From contig CP075497.1 of NCBI GenBank assembly GCA_021613535.1, forward strand, positions 10,540,001 to 10,604,000: a stretch of DNA of 64,000 nt, read 5' to 3'. A program made the position numbers and the translations under genes. The notes under the pieces are model-generated. The model was not told the DNA's origin. It searched no databases and worked only from the letters and a program-made list of their open reading frames with translations. Each line of letters opens with the position of its first letter. The stretch's first letter is position 1. Positions 25,001-40,846 of the stretch are shown one piece after another. This stretch comes from Adineta vaga. Taxonomy: Eukaryota > Animalia > Rotifera.

Positions 25001-28000
25001 CACATACATATTCTTAATTTTCAATGATCGAAATGAACAATTATCGTTTTACTTTCTCTTAGTTGTCTACTGTCAAGTGGAGACAGACTTGAATATTGTC
25101 TGTGTGTAATAGGAGCTGCTGGTGATCGTAATTGCACTAGTAGTCATTATAAAAGAACAATAAAGAAAAGAAATTGAGAAACAATGAACGAAAGAGGGAG
25201 ACGCTAAATAAACACACGCGTGGATATATGTATATATATATATTGGTCAATATACGAACAAAAAAGAAAAGAATAGGTGACGTCTATCTAACGATAATGG
25301 ACCAGAGCCTGTAATTTATGTTTGATATACGTGTGGGAAAGTGAAATAGATCGAGTGTAGACATTTAGGACAATTTAAAATATGGAACTCCTCTATTATT
25401 TATGTTCAATTGTCTACTTCACTTACTTTGTAATTGTTCAATTGCTTTTGTACTGTTAAGACGTGAATTCTTTGATCGATGAAGATTTTTCAAAATTTGT
25501 TGTAAACATTGGATATTTGTTTCACACGTTCGTAAAACTTCGTCCTATATTAGTAAAAAAAAGAGAAAAACACATCGATTTTTAAATAGAAATTAGATGA
25601 AATTGCTAAAACATTATATACATATTTTCGTAGATTGCGATCATTTAATGTAAATGGTTGTTGACGTTTTTTCTTCTCTAAACTTTGTCGTGCTTTGAAT
25701 AACTGTCGTTCTGTTTCGTTTAAAACATAATTAAAATCATCTAAGTCCGAATCAGAATCTAATAATTCTTTGTTTCCAACTAAACCACTTGTCAATGATG
25801 ATGATGAACCATGAATATTCTAAATAGAGATCATTTGCAACGATTGTGTCATCAATGTATACATATATATGCATATATAAAGGTTCATCCCGAAGGGCGT
25901 GAATGATACGAATGTACATTATTCTAATTAGCCATTGTCATACAAATACATAGGGATCAAGTCAATAAGAAAAAAAACAACCTAGTAATTTTTGCAATGG
26001 TATGTAATAAAACAGAACACATTCGAAACAATTATTCAGATATATGAGTCAACGAAAAAACAAAATCCTCGAGAATACAAAACATAAGTAGTCAATTAAC
26101 ATTTGCGTTTTCGACGCCCTCGTAAAAAAAACAACGCATCGTTCCGTCTTTTTTTTCCTCGCTACTTGAAACTGATCGATCAATAAAAAGTAAACGGTGT
26201 AGATTTAAACAGTGTGAATCCAATGAAGCGTAGAATGGATGATACATCTAATTGAGCGTTTCTCACCTTTCTAACCTTAGATATCTACCTGATAAGTTTG
26301 TTCCGTCGTATCTTCTGTTAGTTTTTGTAAAGCTAGATAGGCAAGTTTGATAGTCCAATGATCAATGTTAACAAACCACATCAGCACACATTGGAAAGAC
26401 AACTAAGCTAAGAGTGTAACAGAAGACGGCGAGAGAAAAAAAAGGTAGAAGAAAGAAAAAAAAACCCAAGACGGAGAAGAAGAAAAAAGGGCATCTTCCC
26501 CTTCTTTTTTTGCTTTTCTATTCTCCCCACGCTCTATCTCTATATTTTCTATCGACATCGGCGGCACGAGTAAGTACTAAAAATTTTTTTTTCATATATA
26601 TGTATGCTGCATTCGAAAAAAAGAGGAATAAGAAAGCGCAAAAAAAAACAGAACGTTCAGCTGCGGTTTTTCTATTCTGTTTCCTCTTGATATGGTAAAG
26701 CACTAATCTGTTTTCTATGATGTATATCTCTATCGATCAGAAAAGACAAATGTATCGGACTGTTGTATGAGATACAAATGATGAGTAAGAAAAGCAAATA
26801 AAAGAGAAAGTGAACGTTTGACCTTTAGCAATGTTCAGTCATTCTACAATCAAAATAAAGTGATATGGATATGAATGAGTTGAATATATGTATATATATA
26901 TATACATATTTATGTCCTTGAAATGATATCAGAAGAAAAAGTAATTTTACGTTTCATTACCACTTGTCATCGGGAGGGGTAAGAAGAAGAAAGCGGCATC
27001 TTATTGTCATTTCCTTTGATGAAAAGACAAAAACAACAGCGAAAATTTCACTAATCTTCTATAATATATGTATCATTCGAAATAGATGCATGATCTACAA
27101 GTAGCAATATCTTCTAAGTAGTCATTTGTCTTCGATTATTGTTATTTTGGAGTGTTTTTAATCATCTTGATAAGTGATATGTTTTTCATGTCTTTGCATG
27201 TTTTGTTGTTCTTTTATTTCGATTTTTAATTTATGAAATTTCGTCTTTGAAGAAAAATATGTATCAATGAACTTTTGTAGGTAATAAAGTGTCAACCCTG
27301 AAAAGCGCTATCGTCAAGAGAATCGACCTTGTTTCGATTGCGATATACAATGAATTATATTGAAAAGCAATCGAGAGGTTTATAAAAAAAAAGCAAACTT
27401 CTACAAGCTGTTCTACGAAGGACTTATGACTGTGATGTTTTAATGATGCGTTTGCTTGTCGAAAATTTCCCTACAGGGAGAAAATTTGATGTTTGTCAAA
27501 GAAAAATTTATTCTCGTTTTTCTTTTCCTTTTATAGATACTATTTCATGTAGAAAAGAAAAATGAAGGCTCTGATGCCGATGGCTTGATAGTAGCCAAAA
27601 CATAAATCGATCATCGATTTGTTTATCTAACCATTATTATTCGACAATTGTTATTATAAACATCTCAAGAGACTAAGGGTGATAAAACCTTTTAAAATCT
27701 AATGATATCATTTTTTACAATCGAATTGTTTATTTATCTACGTGAATAAAAATCACTTGAAAGTGAACGATTGAAGTAAGGCGAAGAAAGAAGGAATCAA
27801 GTTTTGTAAATAAATAAACTTTCTTTATGACTTTTTGTAATTGTACATTTTAATATATATTGCATTTAAAGAACTTCAATATTTACCTTGAATGAATAAT
27901 TAAAATTATCAATAAGATAATTTTCATTATCGGATGAAGAATCATTGGGTAAATCCATTTCTAAAAATTGATCTTCCCATTTTAATGTTGTTTCCATAGA

Positions 28001-31000
28001 ATCAATATCATGAGAATTTAGAGGATAAAAAAGTGGATTCTAATGAAAAGATGAAGAAAAAAAAGTTTCGCATTGTATCAATTTACCTGATATCCATCCC
28101 AACATGGTTCAGAACCATCCATTTTATCGTTCATAATTATTGTATTCAAAGAATCAAATACTGAAAAAAGATCACATTCGATGAGATTTTTCGGTAGAAT
28201 AAAGAAGAAAGTAATTCTTACCGTCTGATGTTATGGACATTGGCAAAGTCATTAAATCAACCTTCATTTGAGATACTTCATCTATTGAAAAAAAAATGAA
28301 CGAATCAATGATGTAATCAATGAGAGTATAACTCTCTCTCTCTCTCTCTCTTTTCCTCCTCGTTTATATTGTTTCATAAAAGTCAATAAATAATTCAATT
28401 GAACTTATTGCTAGACAGAACAATCATTAACATTTTCAATCCTCACCTAGATTTGGTGTTTGTTGTTCTTCCGCTTCCGATGGTGTGGTAGTTGTTTCTA
28501 ATTCGACATCCGATGAATAGCCTGTAGTCGTCGTCGTTGTTGTTGTCTTATATCGATTATAATATTGTGATTCTGAACGATGATACTGATGAATTGGTGA
28601 TGTCGAATTAAAATCAGATGATAAAACATCGACATCATTTTCCGATTGTTCAGGATCTGTATATTCTGCACTGGCATCATAAGAATTCGATGATAGTTTC
28701 TTTTGAACAGGTGACGATGGTGATAATTGTGATGGAGAAGGTTTTGAATTCGTATATTTTTTACTGTACATGAGTAAGGATGGTTTTGGTTGAGTTTTTT
28801 TCGCTTCTTCAATGCTTAGATCAATATCTGGATTAGAACATGTATCGTATGCAGATGTTATTGAATGTCGCCACCAATTTGGTAAATGACGATCACGTTC
28901 GAGAACGGGCAATGAATGTGTTAATGAAGAAAAACTTGTTCTACCTTGATTAGGAAGTTTTTGTCCAATATAATAATCACTTTGACTTGTTTTGATTTGA
29001 AAGATAGGTCGAAGACTTTCATCCGACTGATTTATTTCATCTTCAGTTTCATATCCGACATCTAATTTTGATAATGTTCGTTTTTGTTTTTCATTTGTAT
29101 TTATTTGATCATCAATATCATTTATATTGGTTAATGAATAATAAAATGTTGATGGAGAATTTATTGGGAGAAGATTTAATGACATTTGTCGTTTTGATCT
29201 TGACATATTTCTATTCAGATAAATTGATTTTGATTCAAGATTATTATTTGAAGTAAGAATTAATGATGATTCAGAACGTTTATGATTTTGTTGAAAATTA
29301 TATAAACTATCGAGACTTGTATTGGATGCTGTTAAAGGAATTTTTTCATATTCACTTGATTCAAATGGAATAATATCGTCTTCTTCGTCGAGTCTGTCGT
29401 TTTCGTCAAACAAAATAAATGGTGTCGGACTCTAAAATACAAAAGAAGAAAAAAAATGAAATTTATATGAATGCATTCAATCAGTCAACCTGAATCATCA
29501 TCCTCATCGTCTTTTTCCTCTTTCTCTTTTTTCCTTTGATCTTCAAGATAATCGGCATTCAATTTCCGAAGAAAATCAACGATTGCCTGACTCGAGGTCA
29601 CAAACGTTTTCTACCTGTATATTAATATATCCTACTGATGTTCTTGTTGCTACCGACTATCTTTGTCTCTAAGGATAAAGAACATTCAATTAACATCGAA
29701 AGAGAAAAAAAAACGAAGAAATTTGAGATTATGAGATGAGTTGATGATGGTGATGATGATGTAATGGATGTCTCTATTTCTATTTCTTGTTTCCTGTCCA
29801 TTTGACATGAATGTATCAGCCTTCGTATAGTACTTCTAGCGTTATCAACACTCACTCATTCACTGAACTATTCTTTTGTTCATCAACGAACTAGCTATAG
29901 CGTTCAAGTGCAAATCCGTTGACTAACACTCTATATGTGCTGTACTCATCAATCAGGGAAATAAAGAATACAGGATTGTAATGTGCAAATTGGAGAGAAG
30001 AGAGAAGAAGAAGAAGAAGAAGAAACCGATGTATCATAAATTACGTTATTACGAGAGAACATACTTGAATAGAATGAGTTTCATGGACAAAATGAATAAT
30101 GTCTTGTCTAACTGTCGATTTATTCGACAAGTCTATCTATTCATATTCCACTAGTTCATATAAATCATTGTCAGTGACCGTGGCTCTCTATTTAGTATAG
30201 TACAAAAGAAGAGAATGATTCAAATTACTTTTCGCCTTCTTCTTCTTCTTCTCCATCTCTTCCCCTCTCTATCCGTCTATGTATTTAACTCTGCTTCTCT
30301 ATATGTATCTAGTTCCTGTCTCTATCTGTATTGCAGCTTTGACGCGACTTCAATTTTCTTCTTTTTTTTTTATTCTCTTCGCCACACCAATTCTTTTGTT
30401 ATTCCTCGATAGACAGACCCTTACTTATATACATACATCTATCTTAGCTTAGCTAGCACAAGATTAAAAAAAGGAACGATGTCTTGTGATGATGACACAC
30501 GTATAAAGAGATCAACACATATATACATATATATATATATACATTCGAGAAAGAAAACCGAGAAGGCCAGATGACTGATTGTATACCGATGTCCAAGCAC
30601 ATTATCTTTGCTCGATTTATCTAAGTAAACTAAAAGAATTACTTCTATGTAGAAAAATGATGCCGAAGGGTATCGAGATATAAACATAATTTTACCTGCT
30701 GAAAGCGGACATTGTGTCTTCGACAGTTTATGTCAACTGTGAACGAACTGATGGCTGGCATATGTTAAAAGACAAATAACAAGCTGACACACACGTATAT
30801 GTGTATGTTAGATGAACGCATTTACTTTTTCTTTCAATATATGTATATCGGTCAATCATTACTGGCGGGCAACAGATCGGTTTCTTAAACAAACGAAGAA
30901 ATAGAAGAGAATAAAAAGAAAATAAATGTCGACTTTGACAGACACATTTAAGTTATTTTTAAATAAAAGATGGGAAACAGAAGGTTTATCATATATGATT

Positions 31001-34000
31001 AGTCACTTCTCTTCTTTCGTGTTGTATAGTAATAATCAATAATTTATACGAATAGGAACAAGTTTTTCTCTCTCTCTCTTTCTCTCTGTCATTTTGTTTG
31101 AAGTATGTCACCGTGTGCACACACACATTCAAATGTATGTTTAATTTCACTCATATAAATATATACTTCTACCACTATTATTTACTATCAGTTCACCTTA
31201 TGTTGCTTATTAGTAAGCGATAGATAGAAAAATGATGAATGAAGAAACTTACGTTCAACTAGTAGGATTGCGACAATCAAACAATTGTTTAAAAAATCGA
31301 CAATCATTAGAACTGTAAAACGTTTTGTGTCTCTCGTTCTTTTCCTCTGCTCGATCAACCATCGGTCGAAAATGTTAGACAATGAATCAAAAAAAGCAAA
31401 AGAAAGGCAGATCGACTCAGGAAGAGAGAAATCAAGAGAGAAGGAAAAAGAATGTACGCTTGCGTTTACTCTCGTAGCTCTTCAAGTACGACAATACCTA
31501 TCTGAACTGTACCTTGTCAAATGAATAGAAGAAAAAAAAAGAAAATTAAACATCTACACGCATAGACACACATTTACACATATAGGTCACTCTTCAAATA
31601 ATCTAAAGTTTGCTCCATAATAACATCTATAGCTCGGTAATTAATAGAGAACAAGCGTTCAAGAGAGCAACCAAGAGAAAAGCTAATGGCATTAGAAGAC
31701 ACAATGATAGTATTGGGTCACTTATGAACCATACGTAAGCAGACGTGCATGACATTTTAGCTATGATGACATAGCACATACATAACACTTAGAGAATATT
31801 TAGAATACATGTAACTGGCACGAATGTCTATACGTTTTCTTTTTTTCTATGTGTTTGCTTTAACACAAATCTTACTCTCTAATCAATGTAATATATTTAC
31901 ATTTTTTGAAGGTAAAGTACACACATATTATAATAAAAAATACCGCATTGAAGCCATATCAATCATTTTACTTGAAAAAATGCTTACCCGTAGAATTTTT
32001 AATTTTTCTTCAAGTTTACATTGAATTTCAACTGAATTAATCCATGTTTGATGCCAACGATTTTCCAGATCACTTGCTAAATCGAATGGAACTTGCTCTA
32101 CTTGCTGTTCGTAATCTTGTTTTAGACGGTCACAAATTTCAATAATTGATGAAACACGACTATTTCTTGATTTAATTTCACCTTGTAATTTCTAGAATAG
32201 AATGTGGAAAAAGAAATGTTAAAAACATTGACCTATTACGTAAATGATGAAAAGTTTTAACATCGATTAGAAAAATCTTACTGTATGTTGATGAAGTTTA
32301 TATTGAAAATCTTCTAATGAAATGTCATCAGTTCGTATCGATGTAAAAGTCGATAATTGTTCTTCTGTTTCACTAAGCCATTCTTCAAATAAGAATAATT
32401 CACTATGTAAATCTAAACAATGATACTTTTTTTTTCTTTTATCTTTGTAACAAAAAAAAGATCAGTTACCTTGAAGTATTCGATCAAAATCTTCATCAAG
32501 GTAATCAAGAAAACGTGATTCAAGAGAATTCCATTGACGGTTTATTCGGATCAATTTATCATTAATATTTAATTTTAAGTCTGGAAAACGTTCGCTTAAC
32601 TTATCAGCATATTGATCAAATACACGTAAACGCATTAAACCTTGTTCGTACAATTCTTCATAATATTTCTAAAAGATACGACAAGATTTATATTGGAAAA
32701 TCATCTTTTCTTTTTTGCTTGTACCTGTCGAAGATAACGTGTTAATGCATTCGAAGAAACTGTTGTTATTGTTTCATGGATCTTTTCACACCAATGAGCT
32801 AATTCTGTATACTGTTTTTCAAATTCATTATAAGATACATGATGAACAGAAAGATCATTTAATGAGGTAAATGGTTCACTAAGAGAACCCTAAATAAAAT
32901 GTTTTTAAACATTTTAAATGATGATTCCGAAGCAAATCTTACTTGACAACGGCAAATCAATTCTTCCGACATAAGAAAATTGTAATCATCAACTAATGTT
33001 CCATTCCAAAATTCTTGTCGTTTATTATTTCTGAACTCGATTGTATTTCTAAAACAACAAAGCAAATAAATGATTCAAACATCTGTACAAATAAATAATC
33101 ATAACATGTTCAGAAGAAATAACTCAATTGACATATGTGTACGATAGTCTAAACGATGTCTCGAAGTAAAAAAATATCGATTATGATCGATTTCCTCGGA
33201 TGCGTACATGTCATAAAATCAGTCTGACTCTGTGTTAATGGTAAAGTAAAAGAGGTGAGATGATGCACAGATATGAAAAACCGCATAGACGACTGTTTTT
33301 TCTCATTTAATAAACGACAAGTCATATGTCGATGGATAATAGGGTAATGACCTTTAAATGAAAAGATTACTCAGGTGAACAGCAAGTTAAGACAGAGAGA
33401 GAGAAAAAAAAGCATTACGTATACGACAGTGATAAAATGATGATATCAGTACAAAACGAACGGTTAGAAAATTCGATTAAGATACTTTTATTGAATGCAT
33501 TAAGAAATTATTATAGATTATCGTATATCAATAAGAAAAATATCCTTGAACAATTGCTGTGAAGATCTGTCCTTCAACGAGAAGAATATTTCCAAAAATG
33601 ATGTTTGAAAAATGATGTAGACGGAAAAACATTTCGGTTACGGAAAATATGCTAAGTTTGTTTATGAAAAAAGCAGAATTATTTCAATTATGTTGTTGAT
33701 TGTTGTATTGACTCGTTAATGAATATTTTCGTTTGATTTCAAAAGAAATATGAAATACTCGTTACTTCTCAAGGTTAACTAGCATGTCATATCAACGCAG
33801 CAATTTTGAAGCATATTTATAATTATTATAAGAAAATCATTTTTTCTATTTGTTTTAATTATGAAGTAAAGATGAAATAGGTGATAAATATGTGGGCAGA
33901 TTCGAAAGAAACATGTCGTATATAAAGTATACCTTTTGTCATATACTTGTGTTCAAGGTAGAATTTCGATAGAAAATACGCAACAAATTATTTCGAAAGG

Positions 34001-35279
34001 ATATTCGAAGAAAAAAAAGGGGGGAAATCTGATTGACACTTAACTTAATCATAATGATATTTCGAAAAGATATATCAATAGAAAAATAAGGTCAATCTAT
34101 TGACTTCTATTTCAATCTTTACTAATGGATTATTTATCTTGTGGAAATACTATCACATCTAGTGCAGTCATTACATTGACTAACTAAGGTTTCGTCGAAA
34201 ACTTATCAATGTAGAAAAATAATCTTTCAACACGTTCTAATTGGAAGATAGTTCTCGTAAACAATCGATTAAAACTATAAAAACACAAATAGTGATAATC
34301 ATTCTACAGATGTCGACGACTTCACTGTCGCTAAATGTTCTGGTCAATCGAATCGTTGATTCTTTTCTAACATATACATAGATTTTGTTTATCGACTTTT
34401 AAAATTCTATTTCGAGAAAAAAAACACGAACTACTTAGCTTTCATGCATATCTAACAATTCTCAAAATGTATCGAGAAAACGAGAGATAGAATGATAGAG
34501 ATCTATGTCATCTCATCTCTAGTATTGTAGGAGCTTGAAAGGTCGTTCTCGGCTGATTCAATCATGAAATCTAAATAGAAATTGATTATCAAATTGAATC
34601 TCTCAATGAAACTCTTCTACTGTCAATACAAAATGATATCTTTCTTACAGTATTCAAAGAAAAATGAAAAAGTTCAAAGGCTATTCTATTTACTCTTTCT
34701 TTCATCCATTCTAAAACAACTGATCTTATATAACATTGCAATCGATTTGATTGCAATTTCAAACTAATCTATGCCTAGTTTCTTCAATCAGATTGATATT
34801 CGATTTCATGTAATCTTACCGTTAATATTCGAGATTAGAGATACTTCTTGCAGTATGAGTTTGCAAAAGAAAAATGAACTTCTCAACCTGTTATGATATT
34901 CATGAAGAGAAAAGAAAAAGAAAAAGAAACTAGGCAAATGAACGATTTCAATCATGTCTTTATGCAATATTCATTTGTTTTCATTACACGCTATGAGGTT
35001 GGTGTCAATGTCATTTCTTTTTCCTTTTTTGCACAACGGTATCTATACAGTTGCAGTTACGGTCCTCATGCACTTGTATACCATTGAAGGACTTGTATAG
35101 CAAGCGTAGAAGAAGAAGAAGAAGAAGAAGAAAAAAGGAAATTCAAATCAGAAAATATTAGTTACATTCAAAATAGGAATTCAAATAGAAATCAATCAAT
35201 TGAATACATACTTATTCGATTTTAATATAAATACAGGATATTGAAATGGATTCTTTTCATTCATTTTGTAATAATACAT
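22090..35279 (-). CDS. Klarsicht/nesprin-like outer nuclear membrane protein with spectrin repeats and C-terminal TM+KASH-like tail; start codon tentative
   Basis: In-frame exon chain from 33048 (EFWNGTLVDDYNFLMSEELICRCQ) through spectrin-like exons (FEEWLSETEEQL; LQGEIKSRNSRVSSIIEICDRL...LENRWHQTW), a WDGYQ motif and a Ser-rich exon 29431-28447, to RSLLLGLLILLLLFFVYF plus a 30-aa tail ending YEGIPTI*. Upstream exon 35279-35211 is phase-compatible. Confidence 0.7.
35108..35131. repeat. (AGA)8 microsatellite
   Basis: Direct reading. Confidence 0.85.
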
Positions 35280-38200
35280 GTAAAATTTAATCGACAATGT
35301 TAAAAATTATCATCGTTCGACTCCGTGATCTAAAACAATGAGAGAAAGAGATAGAATGAGAATGAAAAAAGAAAGAATTCTGTTGATAGAATTGTCTGTC
35401 ATTTACAATAATGCTGTGTATGTGTTTTTAAGTGAATACCGGATATGCTGCATGCCTCACGCATCTTTTTTTCTTGTACAATTAGATTCGTCGTTCTGCG
35501 GGTGGTGTACCATAGAGAGAAGAGAAGAAGAATGGATACAAATCACTCTCAGTAATGGTTAAGACAATAAATTTTTCTATTCACATTCATTCACTAGAAC
35601 ATTGGTGATGATGATGATGATGAACGAAGGTCAGTTGTATATACACACACACACACACACTCTACTTGCACTGATGAGATGTTTATATTCACCTCGTCAG
35701 AATGCAAATAATTCGTCTATAGATTGAACTAACCGTCATCAGACAAGAAAGGAAAGAGAGTTTGCATTTTCAAACAGTGTATAAACATGTATAGACTACA
35801 AAAGAATATAGAAAAGATCATCGTGTCAAGGTCTTCTTTCATTCTTTTTTCCTACAACAAAAGCATCCGTTAGAATTAATTAGAAGAAGATTAGTCAGTC
35901 TTGCCACTGTCCTCAATGTCAATCCGTTAAGAATATTGCCGCTAGTAGTAATAATCAAATTTTGTACATAGACACCAACGATGATATTCATACCCTTCCG
36001 GCAGACAATGGAATAGAAAGAGAAAATAGTAAAATTACAAGTAAATAGTATTGTTGATGAGATTTTTCAATGCACGTACATACGCTAACGGCTACTTAAC
36101 AAGCACAAGGTCAAGAAATGTATGTCGAACTAATAGAATATGTAACGTGAGAAGTGTTTATTTCTATAGAAACATTGAATTTTCTTTTTGTTTGTACTTG
36201 TAAAAATGTTAACAATTCTTTTTCTCTTATCGATTTCGTAAAATTACTTTACTCTTAATGAAAAGTAATCTGATTGAAAGTATTTAGTGAAAAAAAAACA
36301 TTTTTTTCAAAAATTTGTCTGTCTCAATCTTCTAATAGAATATCTATATATAGATCTCATGCTTAGGTACATATCAACTAACATTAAGTTGATGAATAGA
36401 TAGTTCTCGATGATATGAATGGATCAAAGTGTAAATGAAATAGTTTCATATATTCACATACCTTTCGTTTAGAGAACAATCATTAGTGAAGTGTAAAAGA
36501 AATAAAATAGATTTGTCTCATCAATAGATTGATTTTATCACAATTTATGTTGCTTGTTAAATGAGCAGATGTGATCGTGAGGCGAAAACGTCTTAATTCC
36601 CTTGACAACAAGTAATCAACTATATATAGAGAGAGAGAGAGGAAAAGACAGTTAGAGAGAAAAGAACAAGCCTTCCAGCTGACCATCGGTCATCATAGCG
36701 GCAGCAATTATCGAATTTCAATAGATTATTTCCGTCTTTACTCATTCATTCAAGGTTATTCTCTACAGGTGAACTTGACAGAAATATAAGAAAGTGAACG
36801 GATACAATACTCACTAAAGAATCTGTAGTTCCCATTTACATATAATTACACAGTAAAATCACGCTTGAATGAAAGAGAGGGATAAATAAAGTTGGTATTA
36901 GTGTATATATGCATATGTGTGTATATATATATGTGTGTGTGTCTGAACAATGACAAGATTGAAAGAGAAGATGCAAAGAAAAAGAAGAAAAAATAAAAAA
37001 CAATTTTACTTACAAATAATTGCGTTATTACTAGAAAAATCAGTTTTGAATCTTGTTCGAATTCGTTTTGACCTTAATTCTGTTCGATGTTTGGTATGAA
37101 GTGGTCAACAGAATATTTCAAGAGTGTCCGACAGTGAATTAACGAACGAAAGAGTCTGACACAATGCTACTAACAAGTGGTACGTCAAGCACTTTGTTTT
37201 GTTGGCGCTTTCGGTTGATCACTCTTTTTTTCTCCCTCTCTCTCTCTCTCTCTTTCTTTTTTTCTTTATCAAACTACGCATTTATATGTACAAACATCAA
37301 ATATTTTGCCCACACATGTATTGATCACCGTATCAATTATACGAACATGCCTGTGATTATTGCCATTTGAAATGGTGCAACAGAGACGATAATTGCTGGA
37401 CAAATAAATACATATACACACACACATACTCACTCAAACTTTACCAGACAGGATCAGTCGTTAACAAAACAAAAATTTCAATAAATACATTAACCGTATA
37501 TGTATATATACAGATGTATACATATATACTCACTAACACAACTGTCAAACTAGCGTAAAAAAGAAAAGTTAAATCGATAAATCACATAACGCAATCTTTT
37601 TGATATCATCTCTCATCATCAATTTAGAAGGCAAGCGGTAACACGTCCTATTATCACATCTTACCTTCATACACAGTAGAGAGGATGTACAACACATAAG
37701 AAAAATAGCCCATGTTCTTATTTAATAAGCATCAGCTAACTAGCAAAAAAAGAAAACAATCAAATAACAGATGACACGATGTCAAGTGGTTCTCTTTGCA
37801 AAGGATATAAGTATATAACTGATGGAAAACTGAACTATGCATACATTCTACAAATATATATTACAACATCATTGAGAAGTAAAGAGAAAAAAGAAGGTAG
37901 AAATGTCAGGGTCGTAGATAATTTCTTTTTCTTTTCTGGTTAGAAAGATAAAACTGAACAAACTGGAATGCTTGGACGCATACGGAGAAAGAGAGAGAGA
38001 GAAGAAAAAAAGTTATGTTTACCAGCTTTATGAAAAGATCAAGCCGTTTTCGTCCATATTGACATCATCGCTTTAAAAAAAAAGAAGATTCGAAAGAACA
38101 TAAAAAGAACTCACTTTTCGTTTCTACTCTTTTCTTCTCTCTCTCTTTCTCTTCTTTCTATGTATAACTTAGATAGATATTATAATTATATTAAAACTTA

Positions 38201-39980
38201 CTGAAGTATAATAACAATGATGATAATACGTATGAAAATAAATGATTTCTTTTCTCAATCTTACATAAACATATGGTTTCTTTGATTCTAACGTGATTCA
38301 CACATAGCTCAGGGTGAACAAAATGTAGGAGTAGTAGTAATAGGAGTAATTCGAGCTACCATCAGATGGACGAGAAGAAAAAGGGAAGAAGAAGAAGAAG
38401 GAGAAGGAGAAGGAGAAAAGAGGGATTTGACTCTCGGACAATAACGCTCATTGTAGTGTGTATGTAGTACGAGCTCACACACACGCGTGTATCAGCTCTA
38501 GAAAATAAAATATAACAAAAGATTATGTAAGGTTGGCCATTTCTGTTATCAGAAATGTAAATTATACTCTTAAAAATGGCCTGTTTCCTGCACAGATGCG
38601 TGCGCGATCTCAACAGAGAAATATTTACATGAATGTTTGATGAACAAGATGGAAGATAAAAAGTAGCACGTCGTCGTCGTCGTTGCTATCATTTCTAACA
38701 TCTATTTATTGGTCAATTGATTAAACACAAGAGCTTAGATGGAAGAACATTAAAACTAGTCGGCATCAAATCAGTTCAGTTCAAAGCATATGCCAAGTGG
38801 CTCCTTCAAGGCACTTTACCTTCTTTCTTTCCGCATTGTTCATTTCCCCATTTACCTGCCTGATATATATAATGAGAATAAGTAATAAGAAGGGTTCGCC
38901 GTCGCGATTGACCAATTTCGAGAATATGTTCACATAGCACACAATCAAAACGTTTCGTTGTGGTCTAATCGGAGATATATCGCGCAATTTAAATGAAGGA
39001 AGACAAATGAACAATCAATTTCGAACTATCATCTTTCGGTAAAAGAGACAGAACGACAAATTCTTCTTCTTCTTCTTCTTCTTTTTAGTGATCAACATCT
39101 TGCCGCGAGACATATGATGATGTGTGAATGAATGAATGAATGAACGTGAGAGTATATATATATATGTACTTTTTTTTTATGTCTCGCGCATCGTTCTTGA
39201 TCTTGACCAAGCCATGACAGGAAAAAAAACAGAGTAGGAAGAGAAAACAATCACTCTAATGCAACAAATTAGAGTTGTTATTAGTCATTGATAGATATTC
39301 AATTTTCTTGACTAAAACAATTGTGAAAAGTCGAAGTACTTTTGTACATTTTTTATCTTTCTTTAACAATAACTTTGTTTGACTAGAAAAATTAATTGAC
39401 CTTCGTCTCACACATACTGTCAAACACCTTGACATACAATGCACAAAATAAATGAACTGTTGACCTCGTTAATATGACATCATATTGCGAAATTTCTTTC
39501 ATCGTTCTATTTCTCACTTTTTTTTTATTATTACTATTAGACTTCATGTGATGGATCAGTTAGTCTTTGTTCAATGTCTGTTGTTGCACGCGCATATGTT
39601 CATTTATATTGACTGGACGTGCATGTATATATACTATTGCTGTCAAAAAGGTTAAAACAGTCTGTCATTACTTCTACTATTCTCATCAAACGTTATTATT
39701 GACTAAAAGAAAGAAAAGTAATCTCATATGCAATATCTTTAAACAACATTTGAACTAATCCAATCAATAATTGATTTCTATCAGTACAACAACAGTCGTT
39801 GACCTTAAAACATCCGCATCAAGCTGATTATGTGTCTATGTCTACTGTGCTATGCACCGTTGAACTTCTGTAGATATATCTTATTAACATTTGTCGCTGT
39901 CTATACTCTTGTCAATCAAATTGTTGGAAAGATACTGATTCGATATGTTGAATGATATTTATTCATTGTATTGATTATGC

Positions 39981-40777
39981 TTAACAAATTTTAGCGTCAT
40001 TAAGTGATTTCTGTGAATAATTTGGCCATTGTTCCATTTCATGAGGACGAGCACCTTCATGCGTTAATTCAATTGGTGTACTAAAACTTGCATTACGATG
40101 AAATGGACTATTCAATGTTTTTAATTGTGTGACACCCTACAAATGATATTGTTTAATGAATTAAAAAGTGAAAAAAGCTTTTTAAACTAATATTTACATG
40201 TGTTGAATGACGATGTTCTGTCCAAAATGAAACCGGCATTTCACGTAAAAGGTTATGAGACTAAAGAGAAGAAGAAGAAGAAGAAGAAGAAAACATATAA
40301 CAATAATAGTATTTTAGTATCATTTACTTGTGTTGTCGGTGGTGGTTTGGATTCGAAATGTTTGGCATATTGTGTTTGATATTCGCTCGATGAATCATTG
40401 ATACGTTGAGCTCGAATAACGTCATCATCATCACGTTGACGTGCATTAAATTCTGCAGCAACTTGTTTGGTTAAAGAATGTTCAAGAAGTTTTCGCCGTA
40501 TTCCTTGTTCTTTTTGGTCAAAGGGTCCAAATTGATAATAACTATCACGATATACAGTCACATCATCAACTGGTGCTGTATAATGTTGAGTTAGTAGAGC
40601 AGTATGAGAAGTTTTCTTTACATTTGGTGGTGATGATACCTGTTGTTGTTGTTGTTTATTTTTTTGTTGTTCAAAACGATGATCTAAATGTTCTGTTGCT
40701 CGTTCTTCAACCCAATTTTCAATTAAAACTTGTCCATTCGCATTCGGTATGCGACGTGTTTGTTGAACATTCGACAT
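39981..40777 (-). CDS. SPAG8-like ciliary microtubule inner protein (exons 40777-40328, 40260-40198, 40136-39981)
   Basis: GQVLIENWVEER; GIRRKLLE; SSEYQTQY; MPVSFWTEH; GVTQLKTLNSPFHRNASFSTPI, which match SPAG8-family motifs as I recall them. An upstream X-box supports a ciliary role. Confidence 0.7.
40268..40291. repeat. (GAA)8 microsatellite forming the polypyrimidine tract of the first SPAG8-like intron
   Basis: (TTC)n on the sense strand just upstream of the TAG acceptor at 40261. Confidence 0.8.
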
Positions 40778-40846
40778 GTTTCAGAAGAATTTCTTCGAAT
40801 AATGTAGATATTTTCATAATGACATTTGTCGATACAAACTATTTCT

